Both the position numbers and the translations under genes were made by a program. A stretch of 57,647 nt of DNA from a virus (Duplodnaviria > Caudoviricetes), in IMG/VR virus record IMGVR_UViG_3300017752_000012, positions 1 to 57,647 of that record, one strand, 5' to 3'. Under the pieces are notes generated by a model. The model searched no databases and was not told where the DNA came from. It was given only the letters and a program-made list of their open reading frames with translations. Of this stretch, positions 6,720 through 16,493 are shown in pieces (position 1 is the stretch's first letter; each line of letters opens with the position of its first letter).

Positions 6720-7303
6720 TGGAATTTATAATTGATTTAGCAGTAACCTTTTGGCAGTGGACAGTAGTAATTGCAGTAATTGCAGTAAGCTACTTAATTA
6801 ATAAACTAGATAAACCAGATCTAAAGCGCATTAATTTTGAGTATACTACAATGCCTAAAATGCAACCGCTACCGATTAAAACAGCAAGTAAAGGTTTCTG
6901 GGGCGCCATATTAATGTGGATCACTGGCACACGTCAGTGGGTAATCACAGAAGACTTCCACTACTGGATCGAAAACCAAGCGTATAAAATTCCTGCAGGC
7001 TTTCAGTTTGACGGCGCATCAGTCCCCAAGTTTCTTGCGACCTTCCTGTCGCCTGTGGGAGTTCTGTTGATGGGCGGCTTGGTACACGACTATGGTTATA
7101 AGTATGCTACTCTTATGAAAAAAGACGGCAGCAACATCGGCCCTCGTGACCAAAAATATATGGATGGTCTCTTCCGAGACATCTGTATCGAAGTGAACGG
7201 CTTCTATGCACTTAACTACTTAGCATATTGGGCACTACGCCTAGCAGGTTTTGTAGCCTGGAACGGACATAAAAAGAGAGGTACTCATGTCGTATCTAAG
7301 TAA
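6719..7303 (+). CDS. DUF1353-family protein with N-terminal TM
   Basis: IPAGFQFDGASVPKFL...LVHDYGY...D.LF signature. TM FWQWTVVIAVIAVSYLI. Confidence 0.7.
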   Translation: MEFIIDLAVTFWQWTVVIAVIAVSYLINKLDKPDLKRINFEYTTMPKMQPLPIKTASKGFWGAILMWITGTRQWVITEDFHYWIENQAYKIPAGFQFDGASVPKFLATFLSPVGVLLMGGLVHDYGYKYATLMKKDGSNIGPRDQKYMDGLFRDICIEVNGFYALNYLAYWALRLAGFVAWNGHKKRGTHVVSK

Positions 7304-7445
7304 ATTAATAAAACAACGTACATCCTGGGACGGGATTGTACTTATTGGCATTTGTGGATCAGTCATATTATTAGGTGGTTTAGCAAAACTACTAGCATGG
7401 GTTGGTCTTGGTTACGGAATTTGGACACTACTAAAAGACGAATAA
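7287..7445 (+). CDS. 52-aa two-TM membrane protein (holin-like; not in the ORF track)
   Basis: RBS GAGAGG. MSYLSKLIKQRTSWDGIVLIGICGSVILLGGLAKLLAWVGLGYGIWTLLKDE*. Confidence 0.65.
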   Translation: MSYLSKLIKQRTSWDGIVLIGICGSVILLGGLAKLLAWVGLGYGIWTLLKDE

Positions 7446-7446
7446 T

Positions 7447-8751
7447 ATGGCAGTTGAAATAAGTCGGAGGGACATACCTTCTGATGAACTAGCAGAATAC
7501 AGATCTGAGACAAGGTTTCTAAAATTACCAGTCGATCCTTATTTGGATTTACTGAATATCACACCGTTGCCTTCGCAGATAGCAATTATCAATGCGATTA
7601 ACAACCCTAAATATCGTTTTGTCTCAGCAGCCGTTTCTCGACGACAAGGCAAAACGTACATCGCCAATATCATTGGACAGCTCGTGTCTTTGGTACCTGG
7701 CTCCAACATTTTAATCATGTCTCCCAACTACTCCTTGTCTCAGATCTCTTTTGATCTACAAAGAAATTTGATTAAACACTTTGATCTAGAAGTTACAAAA
7801 GACAATGCAAAAGACAAAGTTATTGAAATATCAAACGGCTCCACAGTAAGAATGGGGTCTGTAAATCAGGTGGATTCTTGTGTGGGCCGGTCTTATGACC
7901 TAATTATATTTGACGAAGCGGCACTAGCCGATGGAAAGGATGCTTTCAATGTTGCACTGCGCCCTACCCTTGATAAAGATAATTCTAAAGCCATTTTTAT
8001 ATCTACTCCCCGTGGCCGTAACAACTGGTTTTCTGAGTTTTTCTATAGAGGATTCTCCGATGAGTTCCCTGAGTGGTGTAGTATACGTGCAACTTACAAA
8101 GATAACCCACGAATGAGTGAAACAGATATCGCAGAAGCGCGTAAGTCGATGTCAGAAGCGGAGTTTAGACAAGAATATGAAGCAGACTTCAACACATACG
8201 AAGGACAGATCTGGAAGTTCAACTTTGAAACACAAGTCAAAGACTACTCACAGTTCGATACTAGTGGAATGGATGTATTCGCGGGGCTGGATGTCGGTTA
8301 CAAAGACCCAACAGCCATGTGTGTTATTGCGTACGATTGGGATAAAGAACAATACCATTTGGTGGACGAATACTTCAATGCTGAAAGAACTACTGAACAG
8401 CATGCTGCCGAGATACAGAAGCTCATTGATCGCTGGGATATTGATTACATTTATATTGACAGCGCAGCTCAACAAACAAGGTATGATTTCGCGCAGAACT
8501 ACGACATTTCCACCCTCAACGCAAAGAAGTCCGTACTTGACGGAATTGGACATGTGTCAGGGGTTGTTGACAACGACATCCTCTTTGTTGATCAAGAAGC
8601 AAAAGAGTCTTTGAGTTGTTTAGATGCGTATCAGTGGGATCCAAACCCTAATCTTATGAAGGAAAAACCGAAGCACAACATGGCATCGCACATGGCAGAT
8701 GCGTTGCGCTATGCATTATACTCATTTCAAACCTCAAATATATCCTTTTGA
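7447..8751 (+). CDS. terL: Terminase large subunit
   Basis: Walker A SRRQGKT, Walker B IIFDEA, coupling motif ISTP, nuclease GLDVG...D and HMADALRYA. Confidence 0.95.
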   Translation: MAVEISRRDIPSDELAEYRSETRFLKLPVDPYLDLLNITPLPSQIAIINAINNPKYRFVSAAVSRRQGKTYIANIIGQLVSLVPGSNILIMSPNYSLSQISFDLQRNLIKHFDLEVTKDNAKDKVIEISNGSTVRMGSVNQVDSCVGRSYDLIIFDEAALADGKDAFNVALRPTLDKDNSKAIFISTPRGRNNWFSEFFYRGFSDEFPEWCSIRATYKDNPRMSETDIAEARKSMSEAEFRQEYEADFNTYEGQIWKFNFETQVKDYSQFDTSGMDVFAGLDVGYKDPTAMCVIAYDWDKEQYHLVDEYFNAERTTEQHAAEIQKLIDRWDIDYIYIDSAAQQTRYDFAQNYDISTLNAKKSVLDGIGHVSGVVDNDILFVDQEAKESLSCLDAYQWDPNPNLMKEKPKHNMASHMADALRYALYSFQTSNISF

Positions 8752-8774
8752 TGATACCAACTCAAAAATAATGT

Positions 8775-8803
8775 TTGACAAGTTAGCTTAAAGTCGATAT
8801 AAT
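8775..8803 (+). promoter_or_regulatory. Sigma70 promoter for the head operon
   Basis: TTGACA 8775-8780, 17-nt spacer, TATAAT 8798-8803. Confidence 0.9.
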
Positions 8804-8835
8804 TCTTTAGATAAAAAATAAGGAATCAAAGGAAA

Positions 8836-9201
8836 ATGCCTAAGTTAAAACGTGATTATGTAAAGTATGTACGAGATAAGGCAAAGTCCAAGTACGAGAA
8901 GGGTTCCTCTTGCGAGATTTGCGGTGCAACAGAGCAGTTAGACTTTCACCACTTTTACAGTCTCACACCATTGTTAAACAAATGGATAAAAGATAACAAT
9001 CACAATCCCGAGTATATTCAAGCACTTCGGGATGATTTTATAGAAGAGCATCATGCTGAGCTCTATGATCACACGGCTACTTTGTGTCATACTCATCATT
9101 TGAAACTTCATTCAATTTACGGTAAAGATCCAGCACTGACTACAGCTACAAAGCAGATGCGTTGGGTAAAGATTCAAAGAGAAAAACATGGCTTGGTATA
9201 A
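8836..9201 (+). CDS. HNH-like nicking endonuclease (T5-type, between terL and portal)
   Basis: CEICG...LDFHH...TLCHTHHLKLH. Same position as the T5 nicking-endonuclease gene. Confidence 0.75.
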   Translation: MPKLKRDYVKYVRDKAKSKYEKGSSCEICGATEQLDFHHFYSLTPLLNKWIKDNNHNPEYIQALRDDFIEEHHAELYDHTATLCHTHHLKLHSIYGKDPALTTATKQMRWVKIQREKHGLV

Positions 9202-10375
9202 TCCTTTTAGTAAAAAACCTGTTGATGTCGAAGAGAAGTTGAATCCTGCTCAGTACCTGGATGGAGGAAAAGTAGAGTCTAGCAGAGAACATACTATTAG
9301 CTACGAAAGAGCTTACGAAGATCTAGAAATTGTAAATCGTGGCGTGAATATGATCGTAGATGATGTTGCTGAGATTCCTACTCTTGTACTACCCAATGCT
9401 CAACAAGGTGTTGTAAAAGGTATAAAGAGAGCAAAAGTTGAGCTTCTTTTAAATAAAGAACCCAACCCTTTTCAGGACATAAATACTTTTCGTCGTAATT
9501 TAATTACGGATTTTGTATTAGATGGAAATATTTTTATCTACTTTGACGGTGCTCATATGTATCATTTACCGGCAGATAAAGTACAAATTCACGCTGATAA
9601 AGATACTTATGTAGAAAAATATACTCTTAACGAAACTACATTTACTCCTTCTGAGATTATACATATTAAAGATAACTCCTTTCATTCTATTTATAGAGGT
9701 GTGCCAAGGCTTAGACCCGCTATGCGTACAATGAACTTGATGGCTTCTATGAGAGCTTTTCAAGATAATTTCTTTAAGAATGGTGCAGTTCCGGGTTTAG
9801 TACTTAAGTCTCCGAACACATTGTCAGAGAAAATTAAAGAACGTATGATGGTATCTTGGCAGAATCGTTATAAGCCAGATACTGGAGGTAAACGTCCTCT
9901 CATACTAGATGGAGGACTAGAAGTCGATAGCCTCACAAAAGTAAACTTTAAAGAATTAGATTTTCAAAGTGCGATTACAGAAAATGAAAAGATCATTTTA
10001 AAAGCACTTGGAATCCCTCCAATTTTATTGGATTCAGGTAATAATGCAAATATTCGTCCCAATTTACGACTTTACTATTTGGAGACTATATTACCTATAG
10101 TTAGAAAAATTAATTTTGCAACTACTCGATACTTTGGTTTCGAGTGTAAAGAGGATATTACAAATATTCCTGCTTTGCAACCAGAGCTACGTGATAGTGC
10201 AGCATTCTACACATCACTAGTAAATGGTGGCATCATTTCTCCAAACGAAGCTCGTGAAGCGTTAGGCTACGAAGCTAGAGAAGAGGCAGAAGATATACGA
10301 GTACCTGCAAACATAGCAGGATCTGCAGCCAATCCGTCAGAAGGCGGTCGACCAGAGGAAACAGAAGAAGAATGA
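9188..10375 (+). CDS. Portal protein (HK97/T5 pb7-like)
   Basis: EPNPFQ, DGNIFI, EIIHIK, FFKNGAVPG, ILKALGIPP, GIISPNEAREALG. Confidence 0.95.
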   Translation: MAWYNPFSKKPVDVEEKLNPAQYLDGGKVESSREHTISYERAYEDLEIVNRGVNMIVDDVAEIPTLVLPNAQQGVVKGIKRAKVELLLNKEPNPFQDINTFRRNLITDFVLDGNIFIYFDGAHMYHLPADKVQIHADKDTYVEKYTLNETTFTPSEIIHIKDNSFHSIYRGVPRLRPAMRTMNLMASMRAFQDNFFKNGAVPGLVLKSPNTLSEKIKERMMVSWQNRYKPDTGGKRPLILDGGLEVDSLTKVNFKELDFQSAITENEKIILKALGIPPILLDSGNNANIRPNLRLYYLETILPIVRKINFATTRYFGFECKEDITNIPALQPELRDSAAFYTSLVNGGIISPNEAREALGYEAREEAEDIRVPANIAGSAANPSEGGRPEETEEE

Positions 10376-10686
10376 CACCTGGAAAAAATAGACAACAAGC
10401 AAAGTATCAAGCAATACTACGGATTTCAAAATACTTTGTAAAGAATAAGACATGGGTTACGGAAGAAGATTATAATAAACTTGGAAGATTAAGTACTCCT
10501 TGTTTACCTAAAAATTTGTATAGAATATTTGGAACATATAAAGATATGTTACAGTATTTGGAAGTAGGTCCAATGGCAGATGAAATTAAAATGCTAAAAC
10601 CTAAACCGGTAGTAAAAAAGCCTAAAGCATCCGCTAAGCCTAAAACGGTAAAGCCTGCTAAAGCAAAGGAGAGTAAAGATGAATAA
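10372..10686 (+). CDS. Hypothetical basic protein, possibly DNA-binding
   Basis: T..DY...P....YRIFGTY..ML helical motif plus a Lys/Pro/Ala-rich tail. Coupled to the portal gene. Confidence 0.55.
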   Translation: MTPGKNRQQAKYQAILRISKYFVKNKTWVTEEDYNKLGRLSTPCLPKNLYRIFGTYKDMLQYLEVGPMADEIKMLKPKPVVKKPKASAKPKTVKPAKAKESKDE

Positions 10687-12769
10687 GTTATTTAATCTTA
10701 CATCCACATTTAAGTCTCATGAAGCAGACGATGGATCTGTAATGATACGAGGAATGGCTAGTACAGCTGACTTTGATCGCGCGGGTGATTCCATTTCAGC
10801 AGAAGCCTGGACTAAAGGTGGATTATCAAATTTTGAAAAAAATCCAATTATCTTGTTTAATCACGATTATGACAAGCCAATTGGTAGAGCTACGGGGTTG
10901 AAAGCTGGTCCTAATGGCTTGGAACTGGAATGTAAAATTAGTAAGGCAGCGCCTGCTAATGTTGCACAATTAGTTAAAGACGGTGTTCTTGGAGCCTTTT
11001 CTGTTGGTTTTCGAGTCAAGGACGCTGATTACTTAAAGGAAACCGACGGACTAATGATTAAGGACGCTGAGTTGTTTGAGGTATCGGTAGTATCTGTACC
11101 ATGCAATCAGTCAGCTACTTTTTCGCTCGCGAAGTCTTTTGACTCAGATAAAGAGTACGAAGAATTCAAAAAAACTTTCACAAATCGTGTAGATCTAGCC
11201 GGTCAGTCTCTGGCTAAAGACGAAGTTAATACTTCTAGCGTAGCTAGTGACACACCGAAAAGCGCGGAGAAATCCGCAGATCAGGAGATCAAGATGGATA
11301 ATCAAAACATCGACTTGGAAGCTTTTGCAAAGAAAGTAGCAGAAGATACTGCCGCTAAGATTGCTATGAAGCAAGCCGAGCAAAAAGCAGCTGACGAAGC
11401 CACCGCTAAAGCAGCTCAAGAAGCAGAAGAAGCGAAAGCTTTAGAAGCACAATCAATTAAAACAGTTATCAACTCTGGTGTAGAATCAGGTGTTGAAAAA
11501 CTTATGGGCGACGTTGAAGCTAAACTAGCTGAAAAAGACGCAAACCTACAAGAAATCATGGGTACTTTCCAGAAAGAACTTGACGAGAAGAAAGCAGAAA
11601 TCGAAGCTATGCAAAATAGCAAGAAGTCTTTCTCTGATCGTGGTTCTGATCTAAGTGCGTTCGGTAAGGACTTCCTTGGTGCTCACATTCTTGGTAAAGT
11701 AACTGGCAAAGGTTATGACACTGACTATGCTAAGTCTATTATGGCTAAAGCAGGTGTTGCTTATACAGCTAACTCTTCAGACACAGGTAAGCTAGATACT
11801 CTTTCTCAAACAGCGTTTGAAGAAGAAATGGTTCTAGAGCAAAAAGTTGCGGGTCTATTCCGTGAGCTTGCTGTAAACTCTGGCGCAACTGTAATTCCTA
11901 CAGTTACTGATACTAATACTGCTACTTTCTCATCAGGCGGTCTTGAAACTGGTTATTTGACCAACCGTACTGTTGGTACTGCTAACAGCTATGATATGGG
12001 CAGCGTTACTGCATATGCTAATCGTCTAATCTCAGGAACTTATATTCCTGCGGATACCGATGAGCAAACTTTTGTAACTATTCTGCCAATGATTCAATCA
12101 GCTCTAGCCCGTGCTCACGCTCGTGCAGTTGATCAGGCAATCTTGTTTGGTACAGGCACGGGTACTGCAGCCTCTCAACTAGTTGGTCTAGTTGGTTCAG
12201 CAGGTATTGATGGCTCTAGTTCTGATGGCGCTGCTGATCATGACGGTCTTGCAGGCGATGCTGCTGCAAGTGCTACAGCTAAAAATTCTGTTACTGCACT
12301 TACTGCTATGGCTGCTCGTGCTGAAATGGGTAAGTATGGTATTAATCCTGCAGACGTTGCTTATATTATGGGTACTGATGCTTACTACAGCATGATCGAC
12401 GCTACTGCTGATGGCGCAGACTTTACAAGTATTGATGAAGTGGGCGTAGGTGCTACTAAGTTAAGTGGTCAATTAGGTTCTGTTTATGGCTCACCAGTAA
12501 TCGTTTCAGATTTGCTTGATACAGACCCTAACAATGCTTTCAACCATGATGGTGATGATGGCACAACAGCAGCTCTTAACCTAACAGGTACTGCGTGTAT
12601 TGCAGTTAATCGTAATGCGTTTGTTATTCCACGTCTTGGTGGTGTTAACATTGAAAGCGACTTTGAAGTTGCAAATCAACGCACTGCTGTAGTTGCTAGC
12701 CAATCTCTTGGCTTCACTCAATTGGAAGGCGGCGCTAAAGCAGCTATCCGAATTAAGAGCACTACTTAA
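10679..12769 (+). CDS. Prohead protease - scaffold - major capsid protein fusion (HK97 fold)
   Basis: aa 1-150 is an HK97-type protease (ILFNHD, FSVGF, LFEVSVVSVPCN). aa 206-320 is a coiled-coil delta/scaffold domain, then the capsid (ARAVDQAILFG, G..YGSPVIVSD). No stop codon separates them. Confidence 0.9.
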   Translation: MNKLFNLTSTFKSHEADDGSVMIRGMASTADFDRAGDSISAEAWTKGGLSNFEKNPIILFNHDYDKPIGRATGLKAGPNGLELECKISKAAPANVAQLVKDGVLGAFSVGFRVKDADYLKETDGLMIKDAELFEVSVVSVPCNQSATFSLAKSFDSDKEYEEFKKTFTNRVDLAGQSLAKDEVNTSSVASDTPKSAEKSADQEIKMDNQNIDLEAFAKKVAEDTAAKIAMKQAEQKAADEATAKAAQEAEEAKALEAQSIKTVINSGVESGVEKLMGDVEAKLAEKDANLQEIMGTFQKELDEKKAEIEAMQNSKKSFSDRGSDLSAFGKDFLGAHILGKVTGKGYDTDYAKSIMAKAGVAYTANSSDTGKLDTLSQTAFEEEMVLEQKVAGLFRELAVNSGATVIPTVTDTNTATFSSGGLETGYLTNRTVGTANSYDMGSVTAYANRLISGTYIPADTDEQTFVTILPMIQSALARAHARAVDQAILFGTGTGTAASQLVGLVGSAGIDGSSSDGAADHDGLAGDAAASATAKNSVTALTAMAARAEMGKYGINPADVAYIMGTDAYYSMIDATADGADFTSIDEVGVGATKLSGQLGSVYGSPVIVSDLLDTDPNNAFNHDGDDGTTAALNLTGTACIAVNRNAFVIPRLGGVNIESDFEVANQRTAVVASQSLGFTQLEGGAKAAIRIKSTT

Positions 12770-12788
12770 TAGTAATATTTTTACTTTT

Positions 12789-12822
12789 AAACTTCGGGGA
12801 GGTTCGCCTCCCCCAAGTTTTT
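12789..12822 (+). terminator. Rho-independent terminator after the capsid gene
   Basis: AAACTT-C-GGGGAGG-TTCG-CCTCCCC-C-AAGTTTTT. Confidence 0.85.
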
Positions 12823-12841
12823 ACTAATGGACTTATAGAAT

Positions 12842-13432
12842 ATGGCAAATTTAATAACCTTGACAGAATATAAAGTAGCTGAAGGCCTTCAATCTACGAA
12901 AGAAGATGCCAAGTTAGAGCTAACTATTACTTCTGTAAGTCAATTAGTAAAAACTTATTGTGGAAATGGTATTATAGACTTTTTTAGTGTAAATAAAACT
13001 GAAACCCTTAGTATTAATTGGGCTTCGAATATTGTACAGCTTACAGAAAGCCCCGTAACAACAGTTAATAGTGTTCAAGAAAGAGACAGCTTAAGCTCTG
13101 CATATACTACTCTTGTAAACAATCAAGATTATTATGTAGACAATGCCACAGACAGTATTTATAGAGTAAGTTCTAGTGGTTCTGCAAGGAACTGGGCAAA
13201 TGGTCCAGGATCTGTAAAAGTAGTTTATAATGCAGGCTATGAGAAGTGTCCAGAAGATTTAAAACTAGCAGTTATTGATTTGATTACTTATTATCATAAA
13301 GATCATCATAGAACTGCTCGTCAAACTATAGCAGGAGCTAGTAGAGAAAATAAAACTTCTTCAGGCTCTAGGAATAATCCTGCATTTCCTGACCATATTA
13401 AAAGGGTGTTGGATTTATATAAAAACTTCTAA
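12842..13432 (+). CDS. Head-tail adaptor / head completion protein (T5 p144-like)
   Basis: ITSVSQLVKTYCG, V.Y.AGY...PEDLKLAV.DL..YY, FPDHIKRVLDLY. Follows the capsid gene. Confidence 0.8.
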   Translation: MANLITLTEYKVAEGLQSTKEDAKLELTITSVSQLVKTYCGNGIIDFFSVNKTETLSINWASNIVQLTESPVTTVNSVQERDSLSSAYTTLVNNQDYYVDNATDSIYRVSSSGSARNWANGPGSVKVVYNAGYEKCPEDLKLAVIDLITYYHKDHHRTARQTIAGASRENKTSSGSRNNPAFPDHIKRVLDLYKNF

Positions 13433-14772
13433 TGAGTAGACAGGGACAACAAAAGTTTCTTAACAATTTGCAAAAGAAACTTTTGCGAGAGTCAAAAGCA
13501 TACAGACAAAAAGTCGCAGATAAACAAACACATCATTTTAGTGTAAGCAAAAAATCTTTAGAAGAAGGTATAAGACAAACTATTAGTAGTAAATTTAAGT
13601 CTAAGTCAGATACTCGTGTACGAGAGATACTAAGTATTGTAGATAAGGATATTACCGTTGCCATTGATGCAATTAAAAAAGAACTACATAGATTGGAGGA
13701 TGGAGCAACTGTAGCAAAAGTATATATTACTTTTGAAAATGCGAATGGAGTTGGTGCAGTCTTTTATGCTACTAAGACGGACAGCGGCAGATTAAGAAAC
13801 ATATATAGACAAGCAGCTGTAGCGTCTAGAAAGCATCTAAACCCTTTGGCTGAAAAGGTAAATGCAGCCTCAATCAAAATAACAGGTAGAGGCACAGGTA
13901 CAAAGTCAGCAGATTATTTCCATGTTGAACACGGTAAAAATGAGGGTGTAGCAGAATCTTTAGTAAGGGACGCAATAGAAGAATCTATATTAGATATTCC
14001 CGATATTAGTTTTCAACAGGCAAGGCAGTGGCTAGAAGCTATGATCCCTGAAATTACAATTATCAGAGATACCAAGACCAGTAGAATGAATGTTCATATT
14101 GGTCCAAAACTAGGAAACTTGGCGGAAGGTAGAGTTTCAAGACAAGAGAAAAAAGAATTTTCTCAAATGGTAGACGATTTAGTAGATATAGTAAACTCAG
14201 ATGCTAGTTTTCTTGTCGATGCTCCGGGGTCTGATAGTTTTACAGACATACAAAAGAAAAAGATTTTAAAAGCTGCAACTGATCCTTTTAAAAAGGTTAA
14301 AAATACAAGAGTTAAAGCGAAAACCAAAATCAAACATGGCGCTAAAACACCTGTAAAAAGTAAAAGAAAAAAGGCAAAGATTTCAGATATTACGCCAAAG
14401 CCAAAACCTGTAAGAGGAACACCAAGACGAGCAAAACAAAGCTCTATGGACTTTAACCCTTTACAGATGATAGCTATGTTGAATAAGGACTTGCCAGAAA
14501 CAGTTAGAAAAAATATGCAACTTCCAGGGCTTGTAAACAGAACGGGACGTTTTGCAGAAAGTGTAAAAGTAACAGATATAACACAAACTGCAAAAGGTTT
14601 TCCAAGTGTGGGATACACTTACCAAAAAAATCCTTATGAAGTATTTGAAATGGGATCAGGAGATGCTAGATGGGCAACACCGGAAAGAGATCCTAAAACA
14701 TTAATTGATAGGTCTATTCGAGAAATAGCAACAAAGTTCGCAATAGGTAGATTTTACACCAGGAGACTATAA
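13432..14772 (+). CDS. Neck / tail completion protein (T5 p143-like, N-terminally extended)
   Basis: C-terminal NRTGRFAESV...YTYQKNPY.VFE...RDP..LI..SIREIA. Synteny. Confidence 0.65.
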   Translation: MSRQGQQKFLNNLQKKLLRESKAYRQKVADKQTHHFSVSKKSLEEGIRQTISSKFKSKSDTRVREILSIVDKDITVAIDAIKKELHRLEDGATVAKVYITFENANGVGAVFYATKTDSGRLRNIYRQAAVASRKHLNPLAEKVNAASIKITGRGTGTKSADYFHVEHGKNEGVAESLVRDAIEESILDIPDISFQQARQWLEAMIPEITIIRDTKTSRMNVHIGPKLGNLAEGRVSRQEKKEFSQMVDDLVDIVNSDASFLVDAPGSDSFTDIQKKKILKAATDPFKKVKNTRVKAKTKIKHGAKTPVKSKRKKAKISDITPKPKPVRGTPRRAKQSSMDFNPLQMIAMLNKDLPETVRKNMQLPGLVNRTGRFAESVKVTDITQTAKGFPSVGYTYQKNPYEVFEMGSGDARWATPERDPKTLIDRSIREIATKFAIGRFYTRRL

Positions 14773-15224
14773 TGGCTGCAAGAGACTATACAACTAGAAG
14801 ACTAGGTATTTTGAATGCTCTTGTCGAAAAGCTAAAAACTATAGATGGTGTAGGAAAGTTTAGAAGTGATTTAGGGGATAATGTTTCTCCTCGCTTAAAA
14901 TTTTGGGATGAAGTGGAGGAATTTCCTGCAGTTCACCTAAATTCAGGATCTGAAACTAGAGAATATCAGGGTGGAGGATATAAAGATAGGTTTCTTGCAA
15001 TAACTCTTCGATGTTATGTACAAGACGAAGATTCTATACTAGCTTTAGATGATTTGCTAGAGGATGTAGAAACAGTGTTGGAAGAAAATTCACGTTTAGA
15101 GTATAAAGATCGAGATGGCTCGACTCAATATACGCAACAAATCACTATTATCAGTATTGATACTGATGAGGGTGTACTTGAACCTTTGGGAGTCGGTGAA
15201 ATGACTATTGAGGTTCGATACTAG
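14772..15224 (+). CDS. Tail terminator (T5 p142-like)
   Basis: FWDEVEEFP, LDDLLEDVETVL, I.TDEGVL.P.GVGE...VRY. Precedes the tube gene. Confidence 0.8.
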   Translation: MAARDYTTRRLGILNALVEKLKTIDGVGKFRSDLGDNVSPRLKFWDEVEEFPAVHLNSGSETREYQGGGYKDRFLAITLRCYVQDEDSILALDDLLEDVETVLEENSRLEYKDRDGSTQYTQQITIISIDTDEGVLEPLGVGEMTIEVRY

Positions 15225-15287
15225 AAAATACAGGCACGAACAAAAGTTCACGTCCTTGTCTTTTCAAGATAACATAGGAGAAATACT

Positions 15288-16421
15288 ATGGCAGATACAA
15301 TGTTTTTTAGTAGAGATACGAAAGTCTATGTAGCCCCTTTGGCGGCTGACGGGACAACAGAGCAAGCTCTTTTTGAGATTCCTGTTCTTGATGGGTTTTC
15401 GTTTTCTCAAGCAACAAATAGTTCAGAGGTAACTTTGAACGAAATGTCGGCGGGTTCAAATGCAAGTCGACGTGGTCGCAAGATGTTTAACGACTCTCTT
15501 GCTCCAGCAGAGTGGAGTTTCTCTACTTATGCACGTCCTTTCGTATCGGCTGGCAGTGGTGGTACAGGCGACGCTGATGATGGAGCAAACACTCACGCAG
15601 TAGAAGAAGTATTGTGGGCAATGATGGTAGGAGATGCATCATACGCTTCTCACACATTTAATAATATTACTAATGGTAATGCAGGAGCTGGTGCTTCAAT
15701 TAGTTTTGCTAACTCAAACGTAACTACTCTTGGTATTGCAAACATTTATTTTGTACTTGGTAAAACTGCTGGAGACAACGGCGGCGAAGTAACGTACAAA
15801 CTTTCTAAATGCTGTGTAAATGAAGTAGGCGTAGATTTTGATATTGATGGAATTACTACTCTTAATTGGTCAGGTATGGGTGCTGAGCTTATCGAAGCAG
15901 CGAATCTTACAACTACAGCAGCTGTAGTTGAAGGTACTCTAGCTACACAAACCAGTAACTTTATTCGTAATCGTTTAACGGAGCTTGTAGCTTCAAATGC
16001 GTCGGGTCAAGCACAAACGTTAACTCTTACAGGCGGTAATGTTACAATCTCTAATAACATGACATTCCTTACCCCTGAAACTCTAGGTGTTGTAAACACT
16101 CCACTAGCTCATGTAACAGGCACTCGTTCAGTTTCAGGTAGTTTTACTTGCTATTTATCCAGTACTGCTAATAGTAGCATGGATTTATTTGAAGCGTTAG
16201 TGGAAGATAAGAGTACAGTTACACACAATTTTGATCTTGAGTTTAAGATTGGTGGTGCAGCTGCTCCGAATTTGATTTTTGATATGCCTTCTTGCCACTT
16301 AGAAGTTCCAAGTCATTCTATTGAAGATGTAATTTCATTAGAGGTTAATTTCCACGCACTTGGTACCGATATCGACTCTACTGACGAAGTAGCTGTTAAA
16401 TACTTAGGTAAGACTCTATAA
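15288..16421 (+). CDS. Major tail tube protein (T5 pb6-like, without C-terminal Ig domain)
   Basis: RDTKVYV, FEIPVLDGFSFSQ, FNDSLAPAEWSFSTY, FDIDGI..L.WSG, LTPETL..VN.P..H.TG. RBS AGGAG. Confidence 0.9.
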   Translation: MADTMFFSRDTKVYVAPLAADGTTEQALFEIPVLDGFSFSQATNSSEVTLNEMSAGSNASRRGRKMFNDSLAPAEWSFSTYARPFVSAGSGGTGDADDGANTHAVEEVLWAMMVGDASYASHTFNNITNGNAGAGASISFANSNVTTLGIANIYFVLGKTAGDNGGEVTYKLSKCCVNEVGVDFDIDGITTLNWSGMGAELIEAANLTTTAAVVEGTLATQTSNFIRNRLTELVASNASGQAQTLTLTGGNVTISNNMTFLTPETLGVVNTPLAHVTGTRSVSGSFTCYLSSTANSSMDLFEALVEDKSTVTHNFDLEFKIGGAAAPNLIFDMPSCHLEVPSHSIEDVISLEVNFHALGTDIDSTDEVAVKYLGKTL

Positions 16422-16446
16422 GAGTATAGCTAGTAAAAAATATTTC

Positions 16447-16475
16447 TTGACATTTATGGTCTGTTAGACTATAAT
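16447..16475 (+). promoter_or_regulatory. Sigma70 promoter upstream of the tail-tip genes
   Basis: TTGACA 16447-16452, 17-nt spacer, TATAAT 16470-16475. Confidence 0.85.
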
Positions 16476-16493
16476 ATGGAAATAGAAAAAGTT

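Noticed and set aside
15225-15287. Weak hairpin (GAAC-AAAA-GTTC with bulged extension) before the tail tube gene
   Set aside because: The stem is short and imperfect. A regulatory RNA cannot be supported without covariation data.
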